A DNA stretch of 62,122 nucleotides, counting the filler. It is 15 parts of 15 records of this genome, joined end to end, with 100 filler letters (N's around TTAATTAATTAA, not from the genome) between each part and the next. Parts side by side here need not be neighbours in the genome. Positions count along the whole stretch, not along the records: positions 45,326 to 49,303 come from SRR7504441_71057; positions 49,404 to 53,409 come from SRR7504441_72098; positions 53,510 to 58,575 come from SRR7504441_72125; 12 more parts are not named here. One strand, 5' to 3'. Made by a program: the position numbers and the translations under genes. This document shows positions 45,860 through 56,379 of this stretch, in pieces. Numbering within the stretch: the first letter of the stretch is position 1; every line of letters begins with the position of its first letter. The notes below the pieces were generated by a model. That model was not told the origin of the DNA and made no database searches. It was given only the letters and a program-made list of their open reading frames with translations.

Positions 45860-46309
45860 GGCCGTCCAGCGGTGGTGCTGTATTGTCCAGAACTCCCTAG
45901 ACTTATTTAGTTGATCACGCGAGTACTCGTACTCGTACAGTAAGTGAATTGTTTAATCCGATGACGTATCTCTGGGGTGAATTTTTTATCTAATTCTGCC
46001 GAAACAAATGCACAGCATGTCCCTGCTGGTTGATGGTCAAACGGGAACACCGGTGCCCGTGCGCTATGTCAATACGTTTTTATTTGCTATTAGGTTGGCA
46101 CAACCCTCCGGGCTCCATTAAAATTGCACTCGCACCCGGTGCATGAAGCACTATTAAAGCCTTCCACGCGAATTAGTTAAGTCTGTCCTAAGTTCTGCTG
46201 CCACGCTGCTATGTGACCGTCCGGCCGCCATGCCGCTCGCTCGCCCCGCCCCCTGGCGCTGTGCCCTCTCCCCCAGCACACAGCGCTGCCCTGCTGGGCT
46301 CCGCCCTGC

Positions 46310-46903
46310 TTATATCTGGGCGCCGTAGACCGCCACTATGGCGTACATGTGGTCGCCCTCCCATCTGCAGGTGGCGTAATCTGGCCACACGCCATCCGTC
46401 AGTCGGGCGCCCCGTCGCAGGCCTACGACACACAACGACTGTGCGACACGGCGGCACACCGTCGTGGTTCGGGTCCCAGTGTGTCGACGTGGCCATGTGA
46501 ATCCCCATCCCCGCCCGCTGCGTTATCGTGCATGTCACTGACATCCCCCGGGCTCGCCACCGGCCGCACCCGCCAGTGGGCACCGACGTATTTGAAGGGC
46601 TTCCGCTGGTCAGCAAGCCGCTTGAGGACCTCCTCGATGACCGCGGAGGTGTGCTCCTCTATCATCTCCGCCTCGAACGCCGACTCCTTCTTAATCAGGC
46701 TGTCGCACACCTGCCAGTGGCTCGCGGCCCCGCCGACCGGCCGCGGCACCTCGCGGATCATTTCGCGCACATCGTCGCCGATGAAGGAAGTCTGGCACCC
46801 AAGCCAGGTGAGTCGGAGCCCGCTGGTCGGCCACGGCCGGCCTGGTCGGGGGCGTGGCGGGCAGGAGGGGCGCACGCACATCCTCGCCGCCCAATTCCTC
46901 CAT
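46310..46903 (-). CDS. DYNLT1: Dynein light chain Tctex-type 1, 4 introns
   Basis: Spliced MEELGGED|TSFIGDDVREMIRE|VCDSL...KPFKYV|VTCTITQRAGMGIHMATSTHWDPNHD|DYATCRWEGDHMYAIVAVYGAQI. Confidence 0.9.
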
Positions 46904-46948
46904 GTGTTGTCGGGATGAAGTCCAAAAATACTGATGCTGGCCTCGAGA

Positions 46949-48122
46949 ATGGCGGGAAGGCTGCCATTCGACGCGTGCACCGTCGCGATGGGCTCGTTTG
47001 ACGAGTTTGCCGCCGAGCTGGTGCACAGCGCCAGCACCACCGAGCCGCCGTCCTCCCCCTCCTCCACCGCCTCGTCCTCCTCCAGCGCCAGCTCCGAGCC
47101 GCCCGACGGCTCGCTGTCAGCCCGCGAGGTGGCGCGCCTCACTGTGCAACACTTCGGGCAGGGCGGTCCGCTGGGGGCGGCTGAGCCCTCCCCACCGCCC
47201 AGCGCCCGGCTCAGCTCGTATGATCAGTTCACGCAGTGGCGAGACCAGGTGAGCAACCCTCCGGTGCGAGCTCCGGCCAGCCTGGGCAGGTGTGCAGCCA
47301 AATGCAACTAGACCCGCTTCGCCGACCGCCAACCGACCGGCGCTCGCCCGTGGGCAGGCTGATTCAGACTCTCAACTCCGATATGGTGCATCAACTGGTG
47401 CTCGGCCAGTACAAGGGCCAGCCGGGCTCGCCCACCAGCACTGCCAGCCACCGCCCCAGACGCAAGTCACGGCGACGCCAGCGGCCGGCTTCGTGCATGG
47501 AACGCCGGCCAGCAGCTGACGCGGTCACAATTGCTCCACGTCGGCGCGTGGAGGGCTGGCATCGGTTGTATAAAGACATGCAGCCTGGCCTGGTGCCATC
47601 GTCTGTGCCCAAGCCAACTGCTGCACAGCTGCATGAGATAGGCTACCAGGGAGACTTTGCGCCGCTTCCGCTCGAGCAGCGGTCGGTCCACCCTCTGTGC
47701 AGTGTCTAATCAGGCCTTGGGGGTGCAGGCTCGCGGCGCTGATGCATTTCCTAGGGAAGCTACGCATTGTAGATATCTGGCGAGACCTACAGGAGGTGGC
47801 TGTGCAGCACCAGCCGAGAATCGCACCCCACCCGAGGCAGTCCCTGCACAATGGCAGCTTGGGCTACACTCAAATGAAGATGGGACTTTCGTTTTTCTTG
47901 CCTACATTCCCAGGAGAGATTGAGTGAGCTTCCGTTGGACAAGCCCTCCCTAATTGTGGTGTGCTAGGGCGTCATGTAAAGTCATGGACCATGACCAAGA
48001 CGGGCTCATCTCTCTGTCCGATTTCCAGAGATGGATGCACGAGCCCCTCAAGGCTTTACGGCCTAATCTCACCAAGGCAAGCGCATGTCGTACAGCATGA
48101 AATTATCTCGTGTTGCAGGTGA
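46949..48122 (+). CDS. Hypothetical protein with a C-terminal EF-hand, 3-5 introns
   Basis: Spliced frame reaches DHDQDGLISLSDF. Start may be 46934; last exon uncertain. Confidence 0.55.
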
Positions 48123-48304
48123 TCCCTCAGAAGGCGCCGTCACATGTGGCGAGCAATGCCCTGCATCGATTGCATCTTAAGGTCGAGTGCTGCCAGGTAG
48201 CGATGTTTATCTCACTGTGTTGCACAACAGGCTAAGACTGCTGTCAAGTTTGCAAAGGCGAAATTGTTAGCCTTGAACGGAAAGGAGTCCATCTTCCCAG
48301 GGTG

Positions 48305-48665
48305 ATGCCGCAGTGGGGGCTCAGGCAACGCTGCGGAGGGGTGCTGCTCATCCCCGGATGGGGGGCGCCGGCGCTAGGGCGGGCTGAGGCAGCCGAGGAC
48401 CGTCATGAGCGCGACAAGATCAGCCGGCGCCAGATTGAAGTCGTCGCTGGAGCCGGCGGCTCGTTGCTCGTAACCTGCGTCGGCCGCCACGCGTCGGCTG
48501 TGCACCCGGCGGGTGGCGGCCAGGCGCGCAGGCTGGCTTCTGGGGAGGCCCGAGAGCTGGCTCCAGGAGACGCGATCGCTTTTTTGGACACCGGGCCAGA
48601 GAGCCCGCCGGATTTCACGGTGGAGTACTGGCCCGAGTACACCCTCCAGCTGGCCGCCGACGATA
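48305..48665 (+). CDS. FHA domain (PNKP/APTX/TDP1-type) N-terminus, truncated at an apparent chimeric junction
   Basis: LGR......DKISRRQ..V....VG.H.S.V.....L.PGD.I pattern. Confidence 0.55.
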
Positions 48666-49149
48666 GCTCCTTGAGCTCATCGTCTTTGTGTACTTGGTCA
48701 AACACGTCCCCCACTTGCTCGAGTCCAGAATCTTTCGCATTCTTGAAAGAAGTCAGCATGGTTGCCTTTGAAAGTTTGCCTCCATACGATGCCACGAGCG
48801 ATTGAACTGCGACTAAATTCTCTTGTTCGACCAATATCCGAGCTTCTTTCTGAGATGAAGTCAGCTCCTCAGAGTCCGAATCATTCGCGACAGGTGGATC
48901 ATTCGCGAAATCGATGAGGGGCACTGCACTGACACGCTTTCGTTTGCCTCCACTGGCAACGGCCACCGCTTGACTCATGGTCTGTATGAGCTGCTCCGCC
49001 TGTATCAGCGCCTTTTCTTTGGAGCCGACTTGATTGGACGCCGACTCCATGCCGGCCCGCTTCTGTGTTGTTTTGCGGCCTGTTTTTCCTTCCACCCACT
49101 GAACTTGCGTCTGTGTGACGCCTGTCATAGCTAGGGGTTGAGCCAGCAT
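48660..49149 (-). CDS. Hypothetical protein fragment colliding with the FHA gene
   Basis: Lower-GC ORF with protein-like composition (KRKR, acidic patch) up to ..DDELKELS, after which it reads the FHA antisense strand. Confidence 0.35.
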
Positions 49150-49403
49150 GGTCGGCCTTCCCGAATTGGTCGGCTGTCTGCGACCGCGGTCATGCTGGCA
49201 AGCTTAAGCTTTGGAGCATGCGTCGAGCTGTTATGGCCACACGACAGGCCGAGTACCTGCTAATCCCAAAGCATATGCCTACACACGCATGCAACGAGCA
49301 TGCNNNNNNNNNNNNNNNNNNNNNNNNNNNNNNNNNNNNNNNNNNNNTTAATTAATTAANNNNNNNNNNNNNNNNNNNNNNNNNNNNNNNNNNNNNNNNN
49401 NNN

Positions 49404-49899
49404 GGTGGTATGGAGGCTGGCAGCCAAGGATGACAAGACGATGCGCGACGAGGCACGGCAGATCATCAAGAGAATGGTACTGCGTGATGAGGCCCGGCAG
49501 CAAAAGACTCAAGTCGGTGTTTGGGGATTTGTCAATTCAGAATTATGTTGCGATTTCGTGTGGTTTTCATTCGTCACATGGAAAGCAACAGTCAAGCAAG
49601 AATCCCGAGCAGCCCTGTCTGATCAAGTACAGTCTGCCCAGCAGAGCCTCGAGTCATGGGTGAATAGAAGCCTTCAGCTTGTACGCACGGAAGGTCCAAG
49701 CATATTAGGGGCAGTTGCAGAGCTGAGGAGGCTGGATATCAGTGCCTACACCCTTGAAGCAGATGTGAAGTTGGTCACACTTGAGAGAGAAGTATCTTTT
49801 GCTTGGATTAGCCGTAAGTGGGCACGTGCGTCCGAGTCTCTTGGCTCGCAGAATGAGCTATGCTCGTGGAAAGCGCTACAAACTCACATGGGACGTTGA
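49404..49899 (+). CDS. Hypothetical protein fragment
   Basis: 164-codon frame open from the contig edge; no motif recognised. Confidence 0.35.
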
Positions 49900-50219
49900 T
49901 ACTCGACAGGAATCACAGGATTGGATCCGTTGCTTTAATAAAAATTAAATACATGATTGTACTTGTAGTACCGTACAGTACCGCACGAGTACATGACATA
50001 ATTTGTATACGTGCAGATCAAAATTACATGTATTCATTTTGAATCAACTTTCGAACTTTTAAACGTGTGATATAACTTGTAAACTTGTCACTCGTTTCAG
50101 AGTTCGTGCTTAGCACTTGCTTGTCGAGTGCCAAGTACACAGAAGCCATCACATGCGATTGATCTACACGCCAAACATACGCAGTACGAGTATCCACGTG
50201 CAGATTGAGATCACAATCA

Positions 50220-52368
50220 TTATCTGTTCTTCTTGCTTGAGCGCTTCTTGTTTGTGGCTTGAGTATCTGGAATGCTCTTTTCTAGGAGCTCAGAGCCAAA
50301 ATGAGCCAAGAAAACATGAGCTGCTGCCAAAAACAGGAAGCCTGCAGCAGCATTCCAAAGCGAGTCCACTTTCTTCCGGCCAGCCAGCACAAACTGCACC
50401 ACAACGACCAAACGGATGGCAATCCCCAAGTGGATTACAGCAAAGATTCCCTTCAGCAGGCCACGTCCGAATTGTTGCAGCATGCGAAAGAAGAGGGACA
50501 GCAGCAGCAAACCACACAGCGCATTGATGGTCCATAGGAAGTATTGAGTAGCGACAGCCACACCAAACCATTCAGGCCGCACCGCATTGAAAAGTGCAAA
50601 ACAACTCAGCGCGCCCGCAAGCCCAGCCTCAATGGCCATGAATGTTGCGCGGTAAGAGAATCGGAAGTCGGCAGGCACGCCGAAGAGAGTGAGCGCAGCA
50701 AGTGCTACAAAGAAAGTTGAGTACTCAAAGTATGATGGCTTGCCATCCGAGCTGTACATGAGCTGCACTGTCACATCTGGTTTGCTATAAACCAGCCAGT
50801 AATAGTGAGCAAAGACGACCACCACCAATACGGCTGCGATCATCGATGAAAACTGTGCCTTGAGTGTCTTTGAGCCATTGTCTTTTGTCAACAGAGTGAT
50901 GAAGTGCAGCAAAGACATGACAACAGCCACTGAAGCAAGCACGTGGTGGAGACTTGAGTGCAGAGCGGCGTCAGATACCCGGAGCTGTTGCATTGGGTCG
51001 CTCTCTGTCATGACTGCTAAGGTGTGGACAGCGAGCACTGCCCCCAGCATGAAGCAGACTCCGACGTACTGAAGCTTGTGCATAACCAGCGAAAGCAATG
51101 ACATGACCACTTTCATCAATACGTAAACAACAAAAACCACAGGAAGCGAAGCAGTTCCGAGCACCAGGCACGAGGCCGCTGGTGCGGCGTACGGTTGTAC
51201 AAACTCCACCTGTGAGCGGCTAGTTCAAGCAGCCACCGGGGGCAGTCACCTGCTCGAGGGTTTCTTTGAGGCTGCCCGTTGCAGTGGTCAGCGTCTCGTT
51301 GATCCTCACTGAAGCATCTGTGATGACTGGGGTAGCCTGCTCGATGACTTCTTGGTACTTCTCGGCGACCACTGGCGTCGCCTTGCTCATCATTCGCTCG
51401 GATTGGAACCAGGCTTCTTCATAGTTCTCGTGGGCTTGCTGAGAGGCTTGCTCAGTGTAGCTGGCTGCCACTTCCAGCATCTCGGCCGTAGCGTTGTAGG
51501 CCACTTCTGAGCCATGCAGGGTCGCTTCACGCACTTGCAGGAATGTCTGCAGCACAGATCAGCCGACTACCTGCCCTGCGTGGTGCACCTGCGCAGCCTC
51601 CAGCTGCTGCTCGAGCGCCTTCTTCTCATCGGAGGCCTTCCCCAGCTTCTCCAGGGCCTTGACAAGGTCCTGCTGGGCCGCCTCGGTCTCCTTCTTGGCC
51701 GCATCCAGTTTAGCCTGAAAAGTGCCCTCGATCTCGCTCGTGATGCTCGCCGCGCCCTCCTTGGCGACTTTCAAATCAGACTCCAGCCCGCTCTTCTCGG
51801 TCCGCAGCTCCTGCAGCTTCTCGTTCAGCGAGGTGGTCTGCTCCCGGTACTTGTTGGCGTTCGATTCGGTTTTCTCGAGCTGGGACCTGAACACAGAGCG
51901 CCTCGTTAACCCAACCGCAGCTCGGACTAGGCACATCCGGGCGACATGGGCAGTCAACAGCCAGGGGGCAGGGCATGAGGGGCCGGCGCACCGGAGCTGT
52001 TTGAAGTTCTCCTTGGCTGTCTCGCAGGTCTCCTTGTACGCCTGGTGGCTGGCCTTCTGCTGCTCGGCCTCGGTCGATGCGCTCTCGGACTGTGCTTTCA
52101 ACGCGTCGAGTTCGCCCTGGAGTTTTGTGCGTTCTGCGCTGCCGTCTGAGGCAGCCTTGGCCGCCTCGGTCTGGGCGGCCTGCAGCGAAGCCTCCAGGCT
52201 TGCCACTTTGGCCTGGGCAGCCTGCAATTGCTGCGCCAGGTCGGCACCCGCAGCTGGCTGACCCGGACTTTCAGGTTTTGCGGCTGGCTTTGGCGGCGCA
52301 TCATCGGCCACAGCGCCTGTCGCGACTAGAAGCAGCACGCACAACCCCGCCGTGTAGAGAGACGGCAT
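50220..52368 (-). CDS. Signal peptide, long coiled coil and multi-pass TM domain; 3 introns; ER-retrieval-like KKNR end
   Basis: Introns of 105, 42 and 40 nt link three ORFs. About 9-10 hydrophobic segments in the C-terminal 330 aa. Confidence 0.75.
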
Positions 52369-52832
52369 CGCGCTCGGTTCTCGAGCGTCACCCAAATCGC
52401 GAGTGATCATCAGCTATCGATGACGTCGCCTCTTTTTCAAGAGCTGACACATTGAATACATGTAATTGAAGCCGCAATTAAGTACCGGTACGAGTACAAG
52501 TAATGAAGTCATGATGTACAAGTCATGTACCTGGTACCCGGAGCGGCAGCCTTGGTTGATTTTTCGCGATAGTATATGCTGTGTGGACTCGAGTCCACTC
52601 TTTAATTATTACGAGTATTGCGTACTCAATTTTAATTAATCGTTTCGATAGCGGAGGAGCAAATCCGGCAAATCGTGGTCTTGCCACATCAATCCATCGG
52701 ATGCGCGAGTGCAGTACGGCTGAGTGGGTGTACACCAATGCTAGCTCGATGCTAGCTGATGCACCGGGTCGGCGCTCTCGGATTGAGTGTGACTGGAGGC
52801 TGAGCAGCGCCCGCGGTCTGTCCACCGTAGAT

Positions 52833-53264
52833 CTACGGCTTCGTCGCCGCCCCGGACCAATGCATTGACCATGCCCGTGCGCCGATGGCGAAGGTGGCTA
52901 CGGCCTGCCAGGCCAACTCAGCCAGTGACGCGCCGCGGAGTGCAGACGACGGACAAAGAGCCCCGTGCCACTCGTATCGAGCCCACAGGCAGCACGCTGG
53001 CCGTACAGGCCTCGCCTCTCAGCCTCGCGCCGGCGGGGACTGACTCGGGCGTCGCTGCGTCAGCCAGCGCAGCAGCGCAGGCACCCACGGAGCGGCCAGC
53101 GCGATGAGCAGGCACAGTCCGGCGAACAGCAGGCTCTCGAGGCCAGGGTGCGCCGTCCCGCCGGAGCGCCGGTCCAGCTCAGCTCCCAGCCGCATCATCG
53201 CATCCAGCTGATGCGCGTCGTGCTCCTCCCGAGCCACAGCCTCTGCTTGGAGTGCTTGCTCCAT
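52833..53264 (-). CDS. Small hypothetical membrane protein; exon structure uncertain
   Basis: MEQALQ.. followed by the helix LLFAGLCLLIALAAPW and intron-like segments. Confidence 0.3.
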
Positions 53265-53898
53265 GGTTGCGAGCGTCCGCCTGTGCTGTCCGTTATTTTT
53301 GATACGGTACGCAGTACATCCGAAGTTCCGAATGACGAACACACACCCGAGTTCGCGAAGAGACGTTTTTTAAAAAGCATACCATTAGAGGAGACAAAAT
53401 TAATGCTTTNNNNNNNNNNNNNNNNNNNNNNNNNNNNNNNNNNNNNNNNNNNNTTAATTAATTAANNNNNNNNNNNNNNNNNNNNNNNNNNNNNNNNNNN
53501 NNNNNNNNNCCAGGGCGCAGTGCCGCTGAGGATAACGAGCTGACTGACTCAAGTATGCAACTCTGAGCAGTGGGCGCTCAAAATTAAATCTATAGCCGCG
53601 CGAGGAACCTCAAAATACCGGCGCGCGCGATTTTTTCAGTTCAGTTCATACCTGATTGCAGATAATGAACATCTAAAGGCTTCGAGTAGGCTTCAGAGCA
53701 CTCATACCGAAGCGCGCGAATGGGCCAGACTTAGAAATAGAAATCGTCTCGCCTCATTCTTCTATCATTCTTCAGTCATTTCTGTATACGCCCCTTTGGT
53801 TTTGACCAGAGTCCAAGGTCGGCGTGTGGATTATTGATTCCAGCAGCTGAGCTGATCCGTTCAAGGGTGCACGCATCCCGGAGCAAAGACTTGGCGCC

Positions 53899-55396
53899 AT
53901 GACATCCGAGCCGACGCCCCCCGGCGAGCTGCCTCCGCCCGGGACTGTGCCAGACGACGACAACGACCCGCGCCGGCCCCGGCAGCTCCCGCAGAGCATG
54001 GCCTTCGCCCAGCAGATGGCCGAGGCCGAGGCTGAGCGGCTCGCCAGCGAGCGTGCTCTTGCCCCGCCCAAGCCCGCCTCGCCCGAGAGTGGCCGCCGCT
54101 CCCCGCTCAAGAAAACCGAGGTGCGCGGCCCGGGGGGTCGATCGGGTCTGAGCCGGGGAGGCAGATGTGCCGGTATGTCCTCGAGTGCAAGCCGTGCCCG
54201 TTCGGCGTCGACTGCTTGTTCGCGCACTCTGAAGGAGAGCTCCGGTGCTGGGTCGGCCGGTCGGGGCTGAGCGGGCGGGTAGGACCGTCTCCAAGAACCC
54301 CAACTACAAGTCGGTCCCCTGCCGCCATTTCTTCGGCAAGGCCTGCTACTGCCCCTTCGGCACTCGCTGCGACTATCTGCACGATCCCCGTGTGAGCGCC
54401 GCCCGCCGGGTGGTCACGATCCCCCGTCGAACCGGTCGCCGGGGCAAGCCCGAGTTCCCGCCGGCCAGCCCCGGGACGATGGTAGTCCCCAGTCCGAGCT
54501 CCGGCTCTGCGGGTTGGCGGCACGCGTGGCAGCCTGGTTCACCTGCTAGGAGTGAGAGCGACTGGAGCGACGGCGAGAGCGGCGAGTCGACCGGGCTCAG
54601 CTGCGACAGCTGGGAGAACAGTTCGTTGAGCAGCCACGGCAGCTCGGGGCTGGGCTCGCCGGAGCTGTCGGCTGTCGACTTGGCGATCGAGCTTTGTCGG
54701 AGTGATGCGATCAAGATCAATCCGACCGGCCCGAACGGCCCGACCCGGCTCCGGTACAGCGGCGCCGAGTGGCACCCGGCGCTCGGGCTTCTGGTCAAGG
54801 ACCCGCAGTCTCATTCCGTGTCGCGGTGGCCTGGCCGGCTCGACGGAAGCATTCTGAGCAAGATCCTCTCCAAGCCCGACCAGACCGCTCCACCCGGCTG
54901 CGGCCAGCTGATCGAGCCGCCCGGGCCCGGGTTCCCGGTGTTCAAGCCGTCGTGCCCCAAGATCCGGCCCGGCGCGCACGACGCTGCGACCCTCGCGCCT
55001 CACTCAGGCGGGCTGACTCCCATCGCCGAGGGTACCGCCGGGGTAATCCAAGACCCTGGCACTGGTCACTGCCACCCCCGGCCGGCTGGGCCCGGCTGCT
55101 ACTGCCCGGACGACTCAGGGCTCCACTGGGTGGGCCCGGCGCCCGGCCTGCTCGGGTGGGTGCAGCCCGCTCTGAGCATTTTCGACGTGCTTCCCAACAG
55201 CATGGCGGTGCCCAACAGCTGCGGGCAGTCCAGTCGGTCGAGTGCGGACGGGCCGCCGCTCTGGGCGGAGCATGAGGAGCTTCTGGCTCGAGAGATGGAA
55301 GGCACGCTCGAGCTGCTCACACTCGAGGCGCAGCTGGAGCTCAGCGAGGAGCTGGACCTTGACTCTATCACCAACCTGTGCCTGGACGGCTGGTAG
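53899..55396 (+). CDS. Tandem CCCH zinc-finger protein (TIS11/tristetraprolin-like), 2 introns
   Basis: KKTE|MCRY..CPFG..C.FAHS..ELR|..NPNYKSVPCRHF...YCPFGTRCDYLH. Confidence 0.82.
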
Positions 55397-55889
55397 ACTG
55401 AGCAGGTGCACTGGATGCGCAGTGGTATTATATCGTGCGCACTGGATGTTGAGGCATTTGGCCGTACGGAATGAGGTTGTGAAGCGACGCTTACAAGTGT
55501 CGTCTGTTCAGGGCGAAAGTGGACCCGAGGAGATGAGCACGGCGTGCTGCGAGGGGACTGCTGGCAGATGCATGCCTGCAGCTGGAGTGGTCTCCTCGGC
55601 GTGAGGATATAGATCGATATTCTATCGATGAATCGTGATCGATCCGGCGGCGAGTGCTAGTATTAAGGATATGCAATTAAAGATTAATCAAGACGCGAAT
55701 ATAATGAACGGTCTATGGCCCGCAATGACTCATCACATGCGAATCGTTGTAATCAGGACAACTACATGTAGCGAACGCTGATATACGATAAGGACAAGTA
55801 TTGTGCGACGAATAATCGAATGCCACCCACCCTAGCCGCTCTCGCTACCAACGGACAGCACCACGACCCCTGCCCAGCAAACTCTCCGG

Positions 55890-56318
55890 TCATCGCTTAA
55901 ATATCCCCGGGTTGGGTCTACATGTGGACTCCCGCTCGCCCGCTGCCACTATACCGTACAGCGTCGCCCCGTCGCTGATCCCGAGCTCGCTCAGGCTTCC
56001 TTCCCCCATCGGCTGCAGCTCACGCCTCCCGCCCGGCCCAGCCGTTGCGCAGATCAGCCGGCGTAGCTCCAGCCCGTGCTCAGCCTGGATCTTGCCGATC
56101 AGCGAAGCTTGCGTGTCAGTGGCGCCAGCCGAGATCGACACCAACCGGCTGTGGCCCTGCCGCTGCCGGAAGCCCGAGCGCCAGCCAAACTCGTCCGCCG
56201 CGTCCAGCCCAGCTGTCGGCACCCAGCCGCCATGGACCGCGTGCGTCCCGACCACCGGCACTTGCACCGAGAGCCTCATCAGCTCTCCAGCCTGTGCTGG
56301 TGCGGAGACAGCCGCCAT
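55890..56318 (-). CDS. Small protein with ubiquitin-like C-terminal domain
   Basis: TDTQASLIGKIQAEHGL..RRLI.....SLSELGISDGATL pattern. Confidence 0.5.
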   Translation of the reverse strand: MAAVSAPAQAGELMRLSVQVPVVGTHAVHGGWVPTAGLDAADEFGWRSGFRQRQGHSRLVSISAGATDTQASLIGKIQAEHGLELRRLICATAGPGGRRELQPMGEGSLSELGISDGATLYGIVAAGERESTCRPNPGIFKR

Positions 56319-56379
56319 TTTGGCGGGAACGGCACTTTTTCTTCGTCCAGGTCGCATCCGATCCATCACTGCAGTCTCG

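Noticed and set aside
55912-56379. 156-aa N-terminal extension of the aldolase-reductase ORF as a third domain
   Set aside because: It is mostly the antisense of the ubiquitin-like gene. Aldolase similarity starts at ATG 56380.
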